Below are positions 50,055 through 61,184 of a stretch of DNA of 64,000 nt, one piece after another. Positions within the stretch are counted from its first letter, which is position 1, and each line of letters opens with the position of its first letter. A program made the position numbers and the translations under genes. This stretch comes from an uncultured Actinomycetota bacterium (GTDB taxonomy: Bacteria > Actinomycetota > Actinomycetes > Mycobacteriales > Micromonosporaceae): assembly GCA_963742715.1 (NCBI GenBank), contig CAVUMR010000003.1:320314-384313 (forward strand), in the 5' to 3' direction. The notes beneath the pieces were generated by a model, which made no database searches, was not told where the DNA came from, and was given only the letters and a program-made list of their open reading frames with translations.

Positions 50055-50657
50055 TCAGCCCAGATCCGGCCCCTGGCGCCGCAGCTCGTCCACCGAGGAC
50101 ATCGCCTGCCGGAGGTCGTCGAGCCACTGCTCGGCGTTCTCCCCGACCAGCCGCACACACCAGGCCAGCGCGTCCGACCGGGACCTGGCCACACCCGAGC
50201 TGACCAGGGTGTCGAGCACCTGCCGCTCGGGCTGCCGCAGCCGCGTCATCACCGGCACGGACATCGTGGTGAACAGCTCCTGGCTCGATCCGCAGAGCGC
50301 GCCCCAGCTCGCCTTCCGCTGGTACTTGTGCTGGAGCTGCTCGGCGATCTCGATCCGCGCCTCCCGGGTCTGCTCCCGGAACCGCGCGATCCGGCCGCTC
50401 TCCGCGGCCGCCCGGTCAGCGTCCGACGCGTCCGCCCCGACCTCGGGCTCGGCGATCCGCCCGACGATGAGCACCTCGTCCCGGTCGACCGCCACCTCCG
50501 GCGCTTCGGTGAACCAGTCGTCCGGCACCCGTCCGGCCACCCAGGCGGCGACATCGTCCGCCGGTGGCAGGTCGGACTGCTGCCCCCGACCCCAACCGCC
50601 ACCTCGTCCCCAACCGCCGCGGAACATCCATGGCGGTCCGTGCTTGCCCGCTCTCAT
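50055..50657 (-). CDS. hypothetical protein with a Gly/Trp-rich N-terminus and an RHH-like C-terminal region
   Basis: 200-aa ORF with a GGGGAGG SD 6 nt upstream and high GC3. The C-terminus RQPERQVLDTLVSSGVARSRSDALAWCVRLVGENAEQWL looks like a ribbon-helix-helix, which is inference only. Confidence 0.6.
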   Translation of the reverse strand: MRAGKHGPPWMFRGGWGRGGGWGRGQQSDLPPADDVAAWVAGRVPDDWFTEAPEVAVDRDEVLIVGRIAEPEVGADASDADRAAAESGRIARFREQTREARIEIAEQLQHKYQRKASWGALCGSSQELFTTMSVPVMTRLRQPERQVLDTLVSSGVARSRSDALAWCVRLVGENAEQWLDDLRQAMSSVDELRRQGPDLG

Positions 50658-50845
50658 CTACTGCCTCCCCAGGCCTCCATCGTGTTGCTTACATGATTAC
50701 ACCACTACAGATGCATCGACAATCCGCTCAGCGCGAACACCGGCCCGCGTCGTATCGAGGGGCGGCGGCAACCGGGCGACGCCGAGCGAGCGGGGCTGCG
50801 TCGCACAGCGAACCGCGCGGTGGCGAGGCCCGGCCCGGCCAGGAC

Positions 50846-53266
50846 TCAGCGGCGGAGCAGGGCCAGCGTCCGGTGTACCGGGAGCTGAGGCGCCCTGCTT
50901 CCCGCCTGCCGCCGCGCCGGAATGTCGCCGGCCACCGGCGCACGCGACCCGACCGCCGGCTCCACAGCCTCGGCCCCGGCCGGGCCATCCACGGAACGGA
51001 CCGGCTCCAACCCTCCGTCGGTCCCGCCTCCCTCTGCGCCCGCGTCGGCCCTGATCACGATCGCCACCGGCGCGCGGTCCGGCGGGTACCCGAGGGCGTC
51101 GTCCGCGCCGATCACGGCGTAGAACTCGTCGGTCCGGTCACCGGTCCGGCCGTACACGGTGGTCCCCTCGGGACCGGTCGCGACCACCGCGCACCCGTGC
51201 AGGGTCGCCGCGGCAGCCGGCGGCAGCATCGACAGCACGGTGGCGAACAGGTCGGCGGCAACCCGGTCGGCATCCTCCGGGCCGGTACTGGCCGAGGCAC
51301 TGATCGGGTTGTACACCCGGCCGGTCGGCCAGCCGTCGGTGAAGCCGGAGTGGCCGACGCCGGCCAAGGTGGCCGTGACGGTCGCTGGACCGGACCCGAC
51401 ATCAAGCCGCTGTACCAACCGGGTCAACCGGCCGGTGACCGCCGCCACCAGCAACCGGAGCACGCCGTACCGGTCGATCGCGCGCTGCACGCCGGTCGCC
51501 GACCGGTCGTACCGGCTGAGTCGGCGCGCCCACCATCCCGGCCGGCGCGACACGGACGGGTACGCGCGACCCTGCGCCACCGCGACCGCTTCGGCGGCGA
51601 CCACCAGGTACCACGGCTGCTCGAACTGGCACCGCCGATCCGCGGCCGCGGTACGGGCGATCTCCGCGACGTGCCAGCCGATCGCATCGGTCAGCAGGTC
51701 GGCCTCGACCGGCGCCGGCGTGAACACCGGGAGGCGCAACCAGCGCGAGCCGTCCACGTCCACGGTGACGCCCCGGCCGGATCCGGCGCCGACCGGCTCG
51801 CGGGTACCGCCGGCCTGCTGCGGCTCGACCACCACCCGCAGCCAGTGCTCCAGGATGTACAGCCGCCAGAACGTCTCGGCGTCCTGGCGGCGGCCGGCCA
51901 CCAGGTCGGCGAAGCCGGCCAGCGCGGCCCGGGGGTCGGCCCACGGCCGGCGGGCGAACCGGTCGGACAGGAAGGTCGCCACCACCCGGTCGGCGAGCCC
52001 GAGCAGCAGTTCCCTGGTCGGGGTGCACCGGCGTACCCCTTCCGCGTTCCGGGCCGCCTCCGGCGGCAGGCTGCGCCGGACCAGCTCGGCGAGTTCCCGC
52101 AGCAGCTTGGTCCCGGTGTCGCCGACGTCGCGGTACGGCAGCCGCAACGACACGCCGAACCGGCTGGTGACCCGGTCGGCCAGTCGCGCGATCGTGCCCG
52201 GCGCCAGGATCGCGGCCGGCTGCTCCGCCGGCCGGTCGAGCTGCGCCGGCACCCGGGCGCCGCCGCGCGGGGGCGGCTCGGTCACCCCGCCGAGCAGTCC
52301 GTCCACCCCCGCCGGATCGAGCAGGATGTCCACCTCACCGGCCGCCTCGCGGGCGGTCGCCCACATGACGAAGCCGGCCGGATGAGGTACCGGCTCACCG
52401 AGGTCGATGAGGAAGTGGGCCAGGCCGCGCACCACGTCCGCGGCGCCGACCGGTACCGCCTTCGCGGCGACAGCTCCCTCCGGCATCGCCCCGAGCAGCC
52501 GGCCGACGTACTCGTCCTCACCGGTGTCGAGGGGCGGGAAGGTCGCCGAGTACACCGGCAACGGGTTGGGCCTGTCGGGCCGGACGAACGCGACGCCGAG
52601 CAGCGCGGCACCGGCGATGCCCTGGCCGAACCGGACCCCCACCCGGCCCTGCCGGGCCGCCCAGCCCAACGCGAGCGGAGCCGGTACGCCGCCCGAGCGC
52701 GCCGCGGGCACCGGCACCTGCCGCAGTCCCGCCTCGGTGATCTCCAGTACCGAGCCGGGAAGTACCCGCCGGATCTCCGCGAAGAAGGTGCGCTCGGTAT
52801 CGTCGCAGGCGCCGGTACCGAGGAACCGGTCGACCGTGATCGGGTCGGGTTCGGCCGGTACGCCCGCGGCGAGCAGAGTGCCGGGCTCGGAGCCGATGAG
52901 TACCGCGCCGTCCACCACCGCGTAGTGCAGCGGTGGCCCGTCGCCGCTGCGGGCCAGTACCAGCGTGCCCTGCACCGCGTCGGCGAGTACCAGCGCGTAC
53001 GCCTCGGTGCTGTTGCCGGTCGGCAGCAGCGCGGCCGGACCGTGTTCGGTGTACCGGGCCAGCAGGGTGGTCGGTTCGGTCACGCCGTCCACCACCACAC
53101 CGGTGCCGTACGCCCCGGTGTAGACCACCGGGATGGCCCCGCGGACCGCGAGTCCGAGCTGGTCGCGGCGCCAGGTGGCGGCGAAGTCGCCGCGCGGAGC
53201 GAGGCCTTGCGCGAGAGAGTCGAGTTGGCGGGGGTCGGGTCCAAAATATGCGGCTATGCCGGCCAT
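50846..53266 (-). CDS. asparagine-synthase-like protein (Cys2->Ala, degenerate PP-loop) with a C-terminal CofE/FbiB-N-like domain
   Basis: The track ORF starts at TTG 53269, but the adjacent ATG at 53266 gives MAGIAAYFG, parallel to the MCGI of AsnB. AsnB collinearity: LVLARSGDGPPLHY, FFAEIRRVLPGSVLEI, VDILLDPAGVDGLLGG, WRLYILEHWLR. The C-terminal roughly 320 aa are described in the findings. Confidence 0.7.
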   Translation of the reverse strand: MAGIAAYFGPDPRQLDSLAQGLAPRGDFAATWRRDQLGLAVRGAIPVVYTGAYGTGVVVDGVTEPTTLLARYTEHGPAALLPTGNSTEAYALVLADAVQGTLVLARSGDGPPLHYAVVDGAVLIGSEPGTLLAAGVPAEPDPITVDRFLGTGACDDTERTFFAEIRRVLPGSVLEITEAGLRQVPVPAARSGGVPAPLALGWAARQGRVGVRFGQGIAGAALLGVAFVRPDRPNPLPVYSATFPPLDTGEDEYVGRLLGAMPEGAVAAKAVPVGAADVVRGLAHFLIDLGEPVPHPAGFVMWATAREAAGEVDILLDPAGVDGLLGGVTEPPPRGGARVPAQLDRPAEQPAAILAPGTIARLADRVTSRFGVSLRLPYRDVGDTGTKLLRELAELVRRSLPPEAARNAEGVRRCTPTRELLLGLADRVVATFLSDRFARRPWADPRAALAGFADLVAGRRQDAETFWRLYILEHWLRVVVEPQQAGGTREPVGAGSGRGVTVDVDGSRWLRLPVFTPAPVEADLLTDAIGWHVAEIARTAAADRRCQFEQPWYLVVAAEAVAVAQGRAYPSVSRRPGWWARRLSRYDRSATGVQRAIDRYGVLRLLVAAVTGRLTRLVQRLDVGSGPATVTATLAGVGHSGFTDGWPTGRVYNPISASASTGPEDADRVAADLFATVLSMLPPAAAATLHGCAVVATGPEGTTVYGRTGDRTDEFYAVIGADDALGYPPDRAPVAIVIRADAGAEGGGTDGGLEPVRSVDGPAGAEAVEPAVGSRAPVAGDIPARRQAGSRAPQLPVHRTLALLRR

Positions 53267-53303
53267 CAAGAGTCATCTCCATCTCGTACAGAGATGACAA
53301 ATC

Positions 53304-53319
53304 GTAGTCAAGTGACTAC
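53304..53319. promoter_or_regulatory. 16-bp perfect palindrome (candidate operator) upstream of the AsnB-like gene
   Basis: GTAGTCA-ag-TGACTAC, about 40-55 nt upstream of ATG 53266, in an unusually AT-rich leader. Confidence 0.4.
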
Positions 53320-53422
53320 AACTGGCGAGGCAGAACGGACAGACGCGACCATCGGTACAGGTCAGCAGCTTGCCGTCCGTGGCACCGCCAGGTGTCGCGC
53401 TGACAGGTGATGTCCGTCCGGC

Positions 53423-55465
<2,043 letters not shown>

Positions 55466-55562
55466 GACTCCATCCTCAACCATCAACGGCGGCCCCGGTC
55501 AGGCCGCGTCCCCGGCCTGGCCGGGCGGACGGTGCTCGACGGCGCCGGCCGGCCGCGGGCCG

Positions 55563-58088
55563 TCAGCGACCGGGCTCGGGACGGCGCGACGGCGTGGCCC
55601 GGCCGGTCAGCGGAATCACCTGGGCGCCGCGGGCCTCCGCCGCCCGGCGGAGAGTCCAGAGCACCTTGCCGGTGCGCTCGACCGGCATCGGCGGGAAGAA
55701 GTGGAAGCCCTGCCCGGCGGTACAGCCGATCGCGGTCAGCGTCTCCCGCTGCTCCGCCGTCTCCACGCCCTCGGCCACCACCCGCAGGTCCAGTGCCCGG
55801 GCCAGCTCCACGGTGGTACGCACGATCGCGGCCGCTTCCGGCGAGTCCGCCATCCGGGTGACGAAGCCCTGGTCGACCTTCACCTCGTCGACCGGGAACC
55901 GGGCCAGGAACGTCAGCGACGAGTAGCCGGTACCGAAGTCGTCGACGGCCAACTGCACGCCGAGCCGGCGCAGGGCGGCCAGTACGTCGTCGATGATGTC
56001 CAGCTCGGTCATCATCACGGTCTCGGTGATCTCCAGTACCAACCGCTCGGGCGGTACCCGGTGCCGGCCGAGCAACTCGGCGATGTCGCCGGGCAGCCGG
56101 CGGTCCAGCAGGCTGCGGGCGGACAGGTTCACCGCGACCGGTACGTTCAGCCCCTCCGCGGCCCAGCCCGCGGTCACCGACAGCGCCTCGTTCAGCACGT
56201 ACCGGGTGAACGGGCCGACCAGCTCGCTCTGCTCCACCACCGCGATGAACTCGCCCGGCTGCAGCAGTCCACGGCGCGGGTGCTGCCAGCGGACCAGCGC
56301 CTCCACCCCGGTCGGACCCCCGGTGACCAGGTCCACGGCCGGCTGCATGGCCAGTACCAGCTGGTCGCCAGCGTCCAGAGCCTCCCGCAGCTCGGCCAGC
56401 AGGGCCAGCCGGTCGGTGCTGGTGGCGTCCTTGCCCGGGTCGTACACGGCGACCGTGCCGCCGGCCCGTTTCACCTGGTACATGGCCACATCGGCGCGCC
56501 TGAGCAGCTCGGTCATGTCGCAGGAACCGGCGGTCGCGACGACGACCCCGATGGACACCTCGATCGAGAGCACGATGCCGGCCACCTCGATCGGCTGGGC
56601 CAGCTCGGCCGCGAGCTCACGGGCCCGCGACACCGCCCGGTCCACCGCCGGGGCGCTCTCCGGCACCGTGGTGATCAACAGCGCGAACTCGTCGCCACCG
56701 AGCCGGGCGAGCAGCTCGCCGGGCGCGGTAGCCCGCTCCAGCCGGGCCGCCTCGGCCCGCAGCAGCTCGTCGCCGGCGGCGTGCCCGAGGGTGTCGTTGA
56801 CGTCCTTGAAGTGGTCCAGGTCGAGCAGCAGCAGGGCCACGTCGGCGGCCCGGCCGGAGTCGGCCAACGTACGCAGCGACTGGTCGCCGCACTCCAGCAG
56901 CCTGGACCGGTTGACCAGCGCGGTCAGCTCGTCGTGCTCGGCCTCGAACGCCTTGCGCTCGGCCATCGTCCGCAGCTGGCCGTGCGCGGCCGCGTTCTGC
57001 AGGGCCACCGCCAGCGCGTCGGCGTACGCGGACAGGGCGAGGTGGGACCGTTCGCCCAGGGGTACCGGCCGGCGGAACAGCAGCCGCAGCTCACCGACCC
57101 GCTCGTCGCCGACCACCAGTGGTCGACACTCCGTGTTGCCGCCCGGGAGTACCGCACCGGGGCCGGTCTTTTCCGTGACCCCGCCGTCCGGCAGGCCGAC
57201 ATATTCCCTGGTGGTGGAGGCGTTCCCGGTGGGGGCGGAGCCGTTGGCCACCACCAGCTCGACCGCGTCCGGGGAGAACAACCGCAGCGCGCCGCGTACC
57301 GCCGCCTCGACCAGGGTCTGCTCGTCCAGCCGGTTCAGCCGGTGGGTGGCGTTGGCCAGGTCCTGCCAGGTCCGTCGCTCGTCGTCGGTACGCACCCGGG
57401 CCTGGTACACCTCGTGCAGCAGCCAGAGCAGCGGTGGTACGCCGACCAGCCACCGGGCGTCGGCGATGCCCAGCGCCACCACGGTGAGCCCGGCGGCAAC
57501 GTTACCGATGAGCATGAGGATCTTGACGCCGCTGCCCTGTACCGCCACCTGCAGCACCGGGCTGCCCTGCGCGAACGCGACCACGACAGCGGTGAGGATC
57601 GCCGACACCACCGTGTAGACCGCGGCTCCGACGCACAGGACGGCCACCGACTCCGGCCGCAGCGGCGACGTGTGCGCCACTCCGCCGAGCGCCGTCACCG
57701 CGCCGACCGCGCCCGCCGACGCGACGGCCAGCGCGGCCGTGTTGTAGGCGACCTTGACCAGTGGCCGGCGGCCGGCCAGCTTGCCGATCAGCACGCCGAG
57801 GGCGACCGCGGCGGCGAGATAGCCGGGCGGCAACAGCCACAGGGCGAGCACGAGTACCGCATCGCCCCAGACCAGGAGGACCCGCTCGCTGCCGATGCGC
57901 ATGCCGATGCCCATCGTCTGCGCGATCGCGGCGAGGCCCACCACGGCGGCGAACGCGGTCAGTACCGGCGGATCGTCGGAGAGGACCACACCGGTCACGA
58001 CCGCGAGCACGCCGGCCGTGATCACCGCGCCGACGAGCAGCCGCAGCCGGCGGGGCATCGTGGCGAGGTCGGCGCGTACGGTCGTCAT
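55563..58088 (-). CDS. membrane-bound GGDEF-EAL protein (c-di-GMP turnover) with a polytopic N-terminal sensor region
   Basis: ATG 58088 with a GGAAGGAGG SD. About 8 TM helices, an intact GGDEF (LARLGGDEFALL), an EAL motif (GVEALVRW), and LEITE and DDFGTGYSS. Confidence 0.9.
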   Translation of the reverse strand: MTTVRADLATMPRRLRLLVGAVITAGVLAVVTGVVLSDDPPVLTAFAAVVGLAAIAQTMGIGMRIGSERVLLVWGDAVLVLALWLLPPGYLAAAVALGVLIGKLAGRRPLVKVAYNTAALAVASAGAVGAVTALGGVAHTSPLRPESVAVLCVGAAVYTVVSAILTAVVVAFAQGSPVLQVAVQGSGVKILMLIGNVAAGLTVVALGIADARWLVGVPPLLWLLHEVYQARVRTDDERRTWQDLANATHRLNRLDEQTLVEAAVRGALRLFSPDAVELVVANGSAPTGNASTTREYVGLPDGGVTEKTGPGAVLPGGNTECRPLVVGDERVGELRLLFRRPVPLGERSHLALSAYADALAVALQNAAAHGQLRTMAERKAFEAEHDELTALVNRSRLLECGDQSLRTLADSGRAADVALLLLDLDHFKDVNDTLGHAAGDELLRAEAARLERATAPGELLARLGGDEFALLITTVPESAPAVDRAVSRARELAAELAQPIEVAGIVLSIEVSIGVVVATAGSCDMTELLRRADVAMYQVKRAGGTVAVYDPGKDATSTDRLALLAELREALDAGDQLVLAMQPAVDLVTGGPTGVEALVRWQHPRRGLLQPGEFIAVVEQSELVGPFTRYVLNEALSVTAGWAAEGLNVPVAVNLSARSLLDRRLPGDIAELLGRHRVPPERLVLEITETVMMTELDIIDDVLAALRRLGVQLAVDDFGTGYSSLTFLARFPVDEVKVDQGFVTRMADSPEAAAIVRTTVELARALDLRVVAEGVETAEQRETLTAIGCTAGQGFHFFPPMPVERTGKVLWTLRRAAEARGAQVIPLTGRATPSRRPEPGR

Positions 58089-58586
58089 GCCGCGCCTCCT
58101 TCCGCCCGCCGGTCGGGCAGCCGCGGGGGCGGAACCTGGCGGCCGGACTGGAGCCGCGAACGCGCGACCGAGCGGCCGTATCTTAGCCTGCGCGGCCGGT
58201 GCGTATAACCGCCCAGCAATCGATCTGTCGGCTGGTCCGCGTACTCCCGACAACCGGACGAAGCGACCCGGCCGCGGCGGTTGCCACGTTGGGTAACGCG
58301 GCAACAACTCGTCGCGGCCGGACCGCTCCCGTCACCAGTCGACCCGCGCCGGGTCCCTGACCGCGGCACGACGCCGTACTTCCGGCTCTGCGCTTGCCGT
58401 TCAGTCCCAAGTCCACTCGCGCATGGCCGGCCCACCCCCTCTCCTCGATACGGAGGGGGAACCCTGTTCCACCCGGCACCGAGGGTAACGGTGGTCGGAT
58501 CGTCGGGGACTCGAAAATGAGGATGGCCAGTGCCACACCCACGGCGGTGGTGATACCCGCGGGGCTGGTGATCGGGGGACGGCAGG

Positions 58587-58910
58587 CTACGACGCGTCGT
58601 TCGCCGACCCGCGCCGTCCTTCCCCACCGTCGTCACCGCTCGCCCCACCCTGATACGGAAGATCCCGGTGCGAGTGATCCTGCCGTGCCCCGGCCTGGTC
58701 CGGGAACCCCTCCGACGGTTGCTGTTGCGAACCCGACGTCGGCTGAGCTGGAAAACGATCCGGCAGCCGGCGCAGCCGGCTGTTCATGTTGCGGATGAGC
58801 AGGATGGTCGCCACCGCGAGCAGCACGATGATGAACAGCGCGAGTGGACCGGCCAGACCGCCGCTCCGGGTGTCGCCGAAGTTGTTGGTGGCGAGCAACG
58901 ACATCTCCAC
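58587..58910 (-). CDS. small single-pass membrane protein (Rv1083-like position downstream of mca)
   Basis: 107-aa ORF. Its TM helix is LAGPLALFIIVLLAVATILLI and the tail is disordered. ATG 58904 is an alternative start. Confidence 0.55.
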   Translation of the reverse strand: MEMSLLATNNFGDTRSGGLAGPLALFIIVLLAVATILLIRNMNSRLRRLPDRFPAQPTSGSQQQPSEGFPDQAGARQDHSHRDLPYQGGASGDDGGEGRRGSANDAS

Positions 58911-59039
58911 AGACCTCCCGACGCCGGCCGCCGGGCCGGCATCGGCTCCACCGTACGCCGCGGCCGGATCGCGGACGCGGGCCGCCCGCGCCCCTCGCCG
59001 GGCTAGGGCCGACGGGGGTGGTGCCCGCGAGGTGTCGAC

Positions 59040-59936
59040 CTAGCTGGTACGGGCCAGCTCCCGGATGCCGGCGAACAGGTCGTCCTCGGGCAGCTTGCTG
59101 TCGACCATGGAGCGGGCCAGCTCGTAGTCCTCGGTCGGCCACGCCTTCTGCTGGATCTCCAGCGGCACCCGGAACCAGTTGCCGTCCGGGTCGACCTGGG
59201 TCGCATGCGCGCGCAGCGCGTCGTCGCGGAGCGGGAAGTATTCCCCGCATGGCACCCGGGTGGTGATTCGGTGTCCCTTGTCGCGGCTCCAGTCCCAGTC
59301 GGACATCGCCTCGGTGTACGGCGACTCCAGACCGGCCGCCAGCATCGCCTCGTGCAGCAGCTCGAACCGGGATCTGGTGAACGACATGTGGTAGTAGAGC
59401 TTCAGCGGCTGCCAGGCCTCGCCGAACTCGCGGTACCGGTCCGGGTCGCCGGCCGCCTCGAACGCCGCCAGCGACACCCGGTGGCACATGACGTGGTCGG
59501 GGTGCGGATAGCCGCCCTCCTCGTCGTAGGTGGTGACGACCTGGGGCTTGAACTCCCGCATCAACCGGACCAGCGGGGCCGCCGCGACCTCCAGCGGCTC
59601 CAGTACGAACGCGTCCTCCGGCAGCTTGTCCCGGTCCACCTCCACCGAGGTGTAGTTCTCCACGTAGCCGGAGTCGACGAAGCCGAGCCAGGCCTGGCGT
59701 ACGCCGAGGATCTCGCGCGCCTCGGCCATCTCCCGGCGCCGGATCTCGGGCAGGTCCCGCCACACCTCCGGCCGGTCCAGCTTCGGGTTGAGCACGTCGC
59801 CGCGCTCACCGCCGGTGCAGGTAACCACCAACACCTCGACGCCTTCCCGGACGTACCGGGCCATCGTGGCGGCACCCTTGCTGGACTCGTCGTCGGGGTG
59901 GGCGTGCACGGCCATCAGGCGCAGGTCGGTGGGCAC
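59040..59936 (-). CDS. mca: mycothiol S-conjugate amidase (LmbE/PIG-L family)
   Basis: LMAVHAHPDDES (AHPDDE zinc motif), VVTCTGGERG and HPDH. Called Mca rather than MshB from its position next to DUF4307 and greA. Confidence 0.8.
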   Translation of the reverse strand: MPTDLRLMAVHAHPDDESSKGAATMARYVREGVEVLVVTCTGGERGDVLNPKLDRPEVWRDLPEIRRREMAEAREILGVRQAWLGFVDSGYVENYTSVEVDRDKLPEDAFVLEPLEVAAAPLVRLMREFKPQVVTTYDEEGGYPHPDHVMCHRVSLAAFEAAGDPDRYREFGEAWQPLKLYYHMSFTRSRFELLHEAMLAAGLESPYTEAMSDWDWSRDKGHRITTRVPCGEYFPLRDDALRAHATQVDPDGNWFRVPLEIQQKAWPTEDYELARSMVDSKLPEDDLFAGIRELARTS

Positions 59937-60072
59937 CGTTGCTCTCCTCGTACGCTGGTGAAGGTTCCATCTTCTCGCGGCCGCCGACGATTGCGCATGT
60001 CACCCTCGTGCGGCGACCGGGACGCCACTGCGATGATGAATTGTTGCCGACCACACCGACGAAACCACGAGG

Positions 60073-60537
60073 ATGCCGGACGTGACCAGCACCACCCATG
60101 CACCGACCAGCCCCGGGCCACAGTTCCCGGCCGGCCGGTACGGGCGCCGCCGGGAGCCCCGTCGCGCTTCCCGCTGGGTGCTGGCTGTGCTGTTCACCGC
60201 CGTGCTGGGCGTGGGCGTCATGATCGCCGTCAACATGTACGGCAAGTACGGCGAGAACGCCTATACCGCGACGGTAGAGTCGTACTCCGGCGTCACGGAC
60301 GAGCAGATCGTGGTGACGTTCCGGCTGTACAAGCCGGCCGGCAAGGCAGCGACCTGCATCGTCCGGGCCCGCACCCGCAGCGGCGAGGAGGTCGGCCGGG
60401 CCGAGGTCCCGGTGCCCAGCGGTGGTCCGGACGCCACCGATGTCGCGGTGACGTACACGTTGGCCACCAGCCGGAGACCGGTGATCGGCGAGGTGTTCGG
60501 CTGCGTAGCGGCGGACGGAGACGCCGCACCGCGCTAG
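60073..60537 (+). CDS. DUF4307 family membrane-anchored protein
   Basis: RYGRRREPRR, then a TM helix (WVLAVLFTAVLGVGVMIAV), then a beta-rich domain with conserved Cys (ATCIVRA...FGCV). Confidence 0.75.
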   Translation: MPDVTSTTHAPTSPGPQFPAGRYGRRREPRRASRWVLAVLFTAVLGVGVMIAVNMYGKYGENAYTATVESYSGVTDEQIVVTFRLYKPAGKAATCIVRARTRSGEEVGRAEVPVPSGGPDATDVAVTYTLATSRRPVIGEVFGCVAADGDAAPR

Positions 60538-60621
60538 CGCCGACGACTGCGCTCCGCAAGCACGTGCAACACCGCTGGTAGCTTTGTAGTCCAAATCCCC
60601 TGTACATCCGGAGGAGATCCT

Positions 60622-61122
60622 GTGTCCCCCACCGACCGCGAGTCAGCCGTCACCTGGCTGTCGCAGGACGCGCATGACCGGCTGAAGGCTGAGCTCGACG
60701 AGCACATCGCCAACCGGCCGGTTATCGCTGCCGAGATCAACGAGCGACGCGAAGAGGGCGACCTGCGGGAGAACGGCGGCTACCACGCCGCCAAGGAGGA
60801 GCAGGGCAAGGTCGAGGCGCGCATTCGGTACCTGCAGGAACTGTTGCGCGGCGCGAAGGTCGGCGACGCGCCGACCAGCGCGGTGGTGGCGCCGGGGATG
60901 GTGGTGACCATCCAGTTCGACGCGGACCCGGACGAGACCGAGCGGTTCCTGCTCGGTTCCCGGGAGATCTCGTCCACCACCGACCTGACCGTGTACAGCC
61001 CGGAGTCGGCGCTCGGACAGTCGATCCTGGGGCGCCGGCCCGGTGACACGGTGACCTACACGGCGCCGAGCGGTGCCGAGATCAAGGTGAAGATCGTCGA
61101 GTTCGAGCCGTTCAATGGCTGA
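60622..61122 (+). CDS. greA: transcription elongation factor GreA
   Basis: GTG start with a GGAGGAG SD. LSQDAHDRLKAELDEH...REEGDLRENGGYHAAKEEQG and a C-terminal FKBP-like domain. Confidence 0.95.
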   Translation: MSPTDRESAVTWLSQDAHDRLKAELDEHIANRPVIAAEINERREEGDLRENGGYHAAKEEQGKVEARIRYLQELLRGAKVGDAPTSAVVAPGMVVTIQFDADPDETERFLLGSREISSTTDLTVYSPESALGQSILGRRPGDTVTYTAPSGAEIKVKIVEFEPFNG

Positions 61123-61140
61123 CCCGGAAAACGTTCGACC

Positions 61141-61166
61141 GCGGCCGGCGCCGACGCGCCGGCCGC
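61141..61166. terminator. bidirectional terminator hairpin between greA and ilvA
   Basis: GCGGCCGGCGC-cgac-GCGCCGGCCGC, a perfect 11-bp stem in the 62-nt convergent gap. Confidence 0.55.
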
Positions 61167-61184
61167 TCGGCGTAGCAGGCCCCG

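Noticed and set aside
58183-58542. 119-aa ORF (MGVALAILIFESPTIRPP...) in the long gap upstream of the GGDEF-EAL gene.
   Set aside because: After a short hydrophobic start the sequence is Arg/Gly/Ala-rich with poor coding character and no SD. It is treated as non-coding leader pending transcript data.
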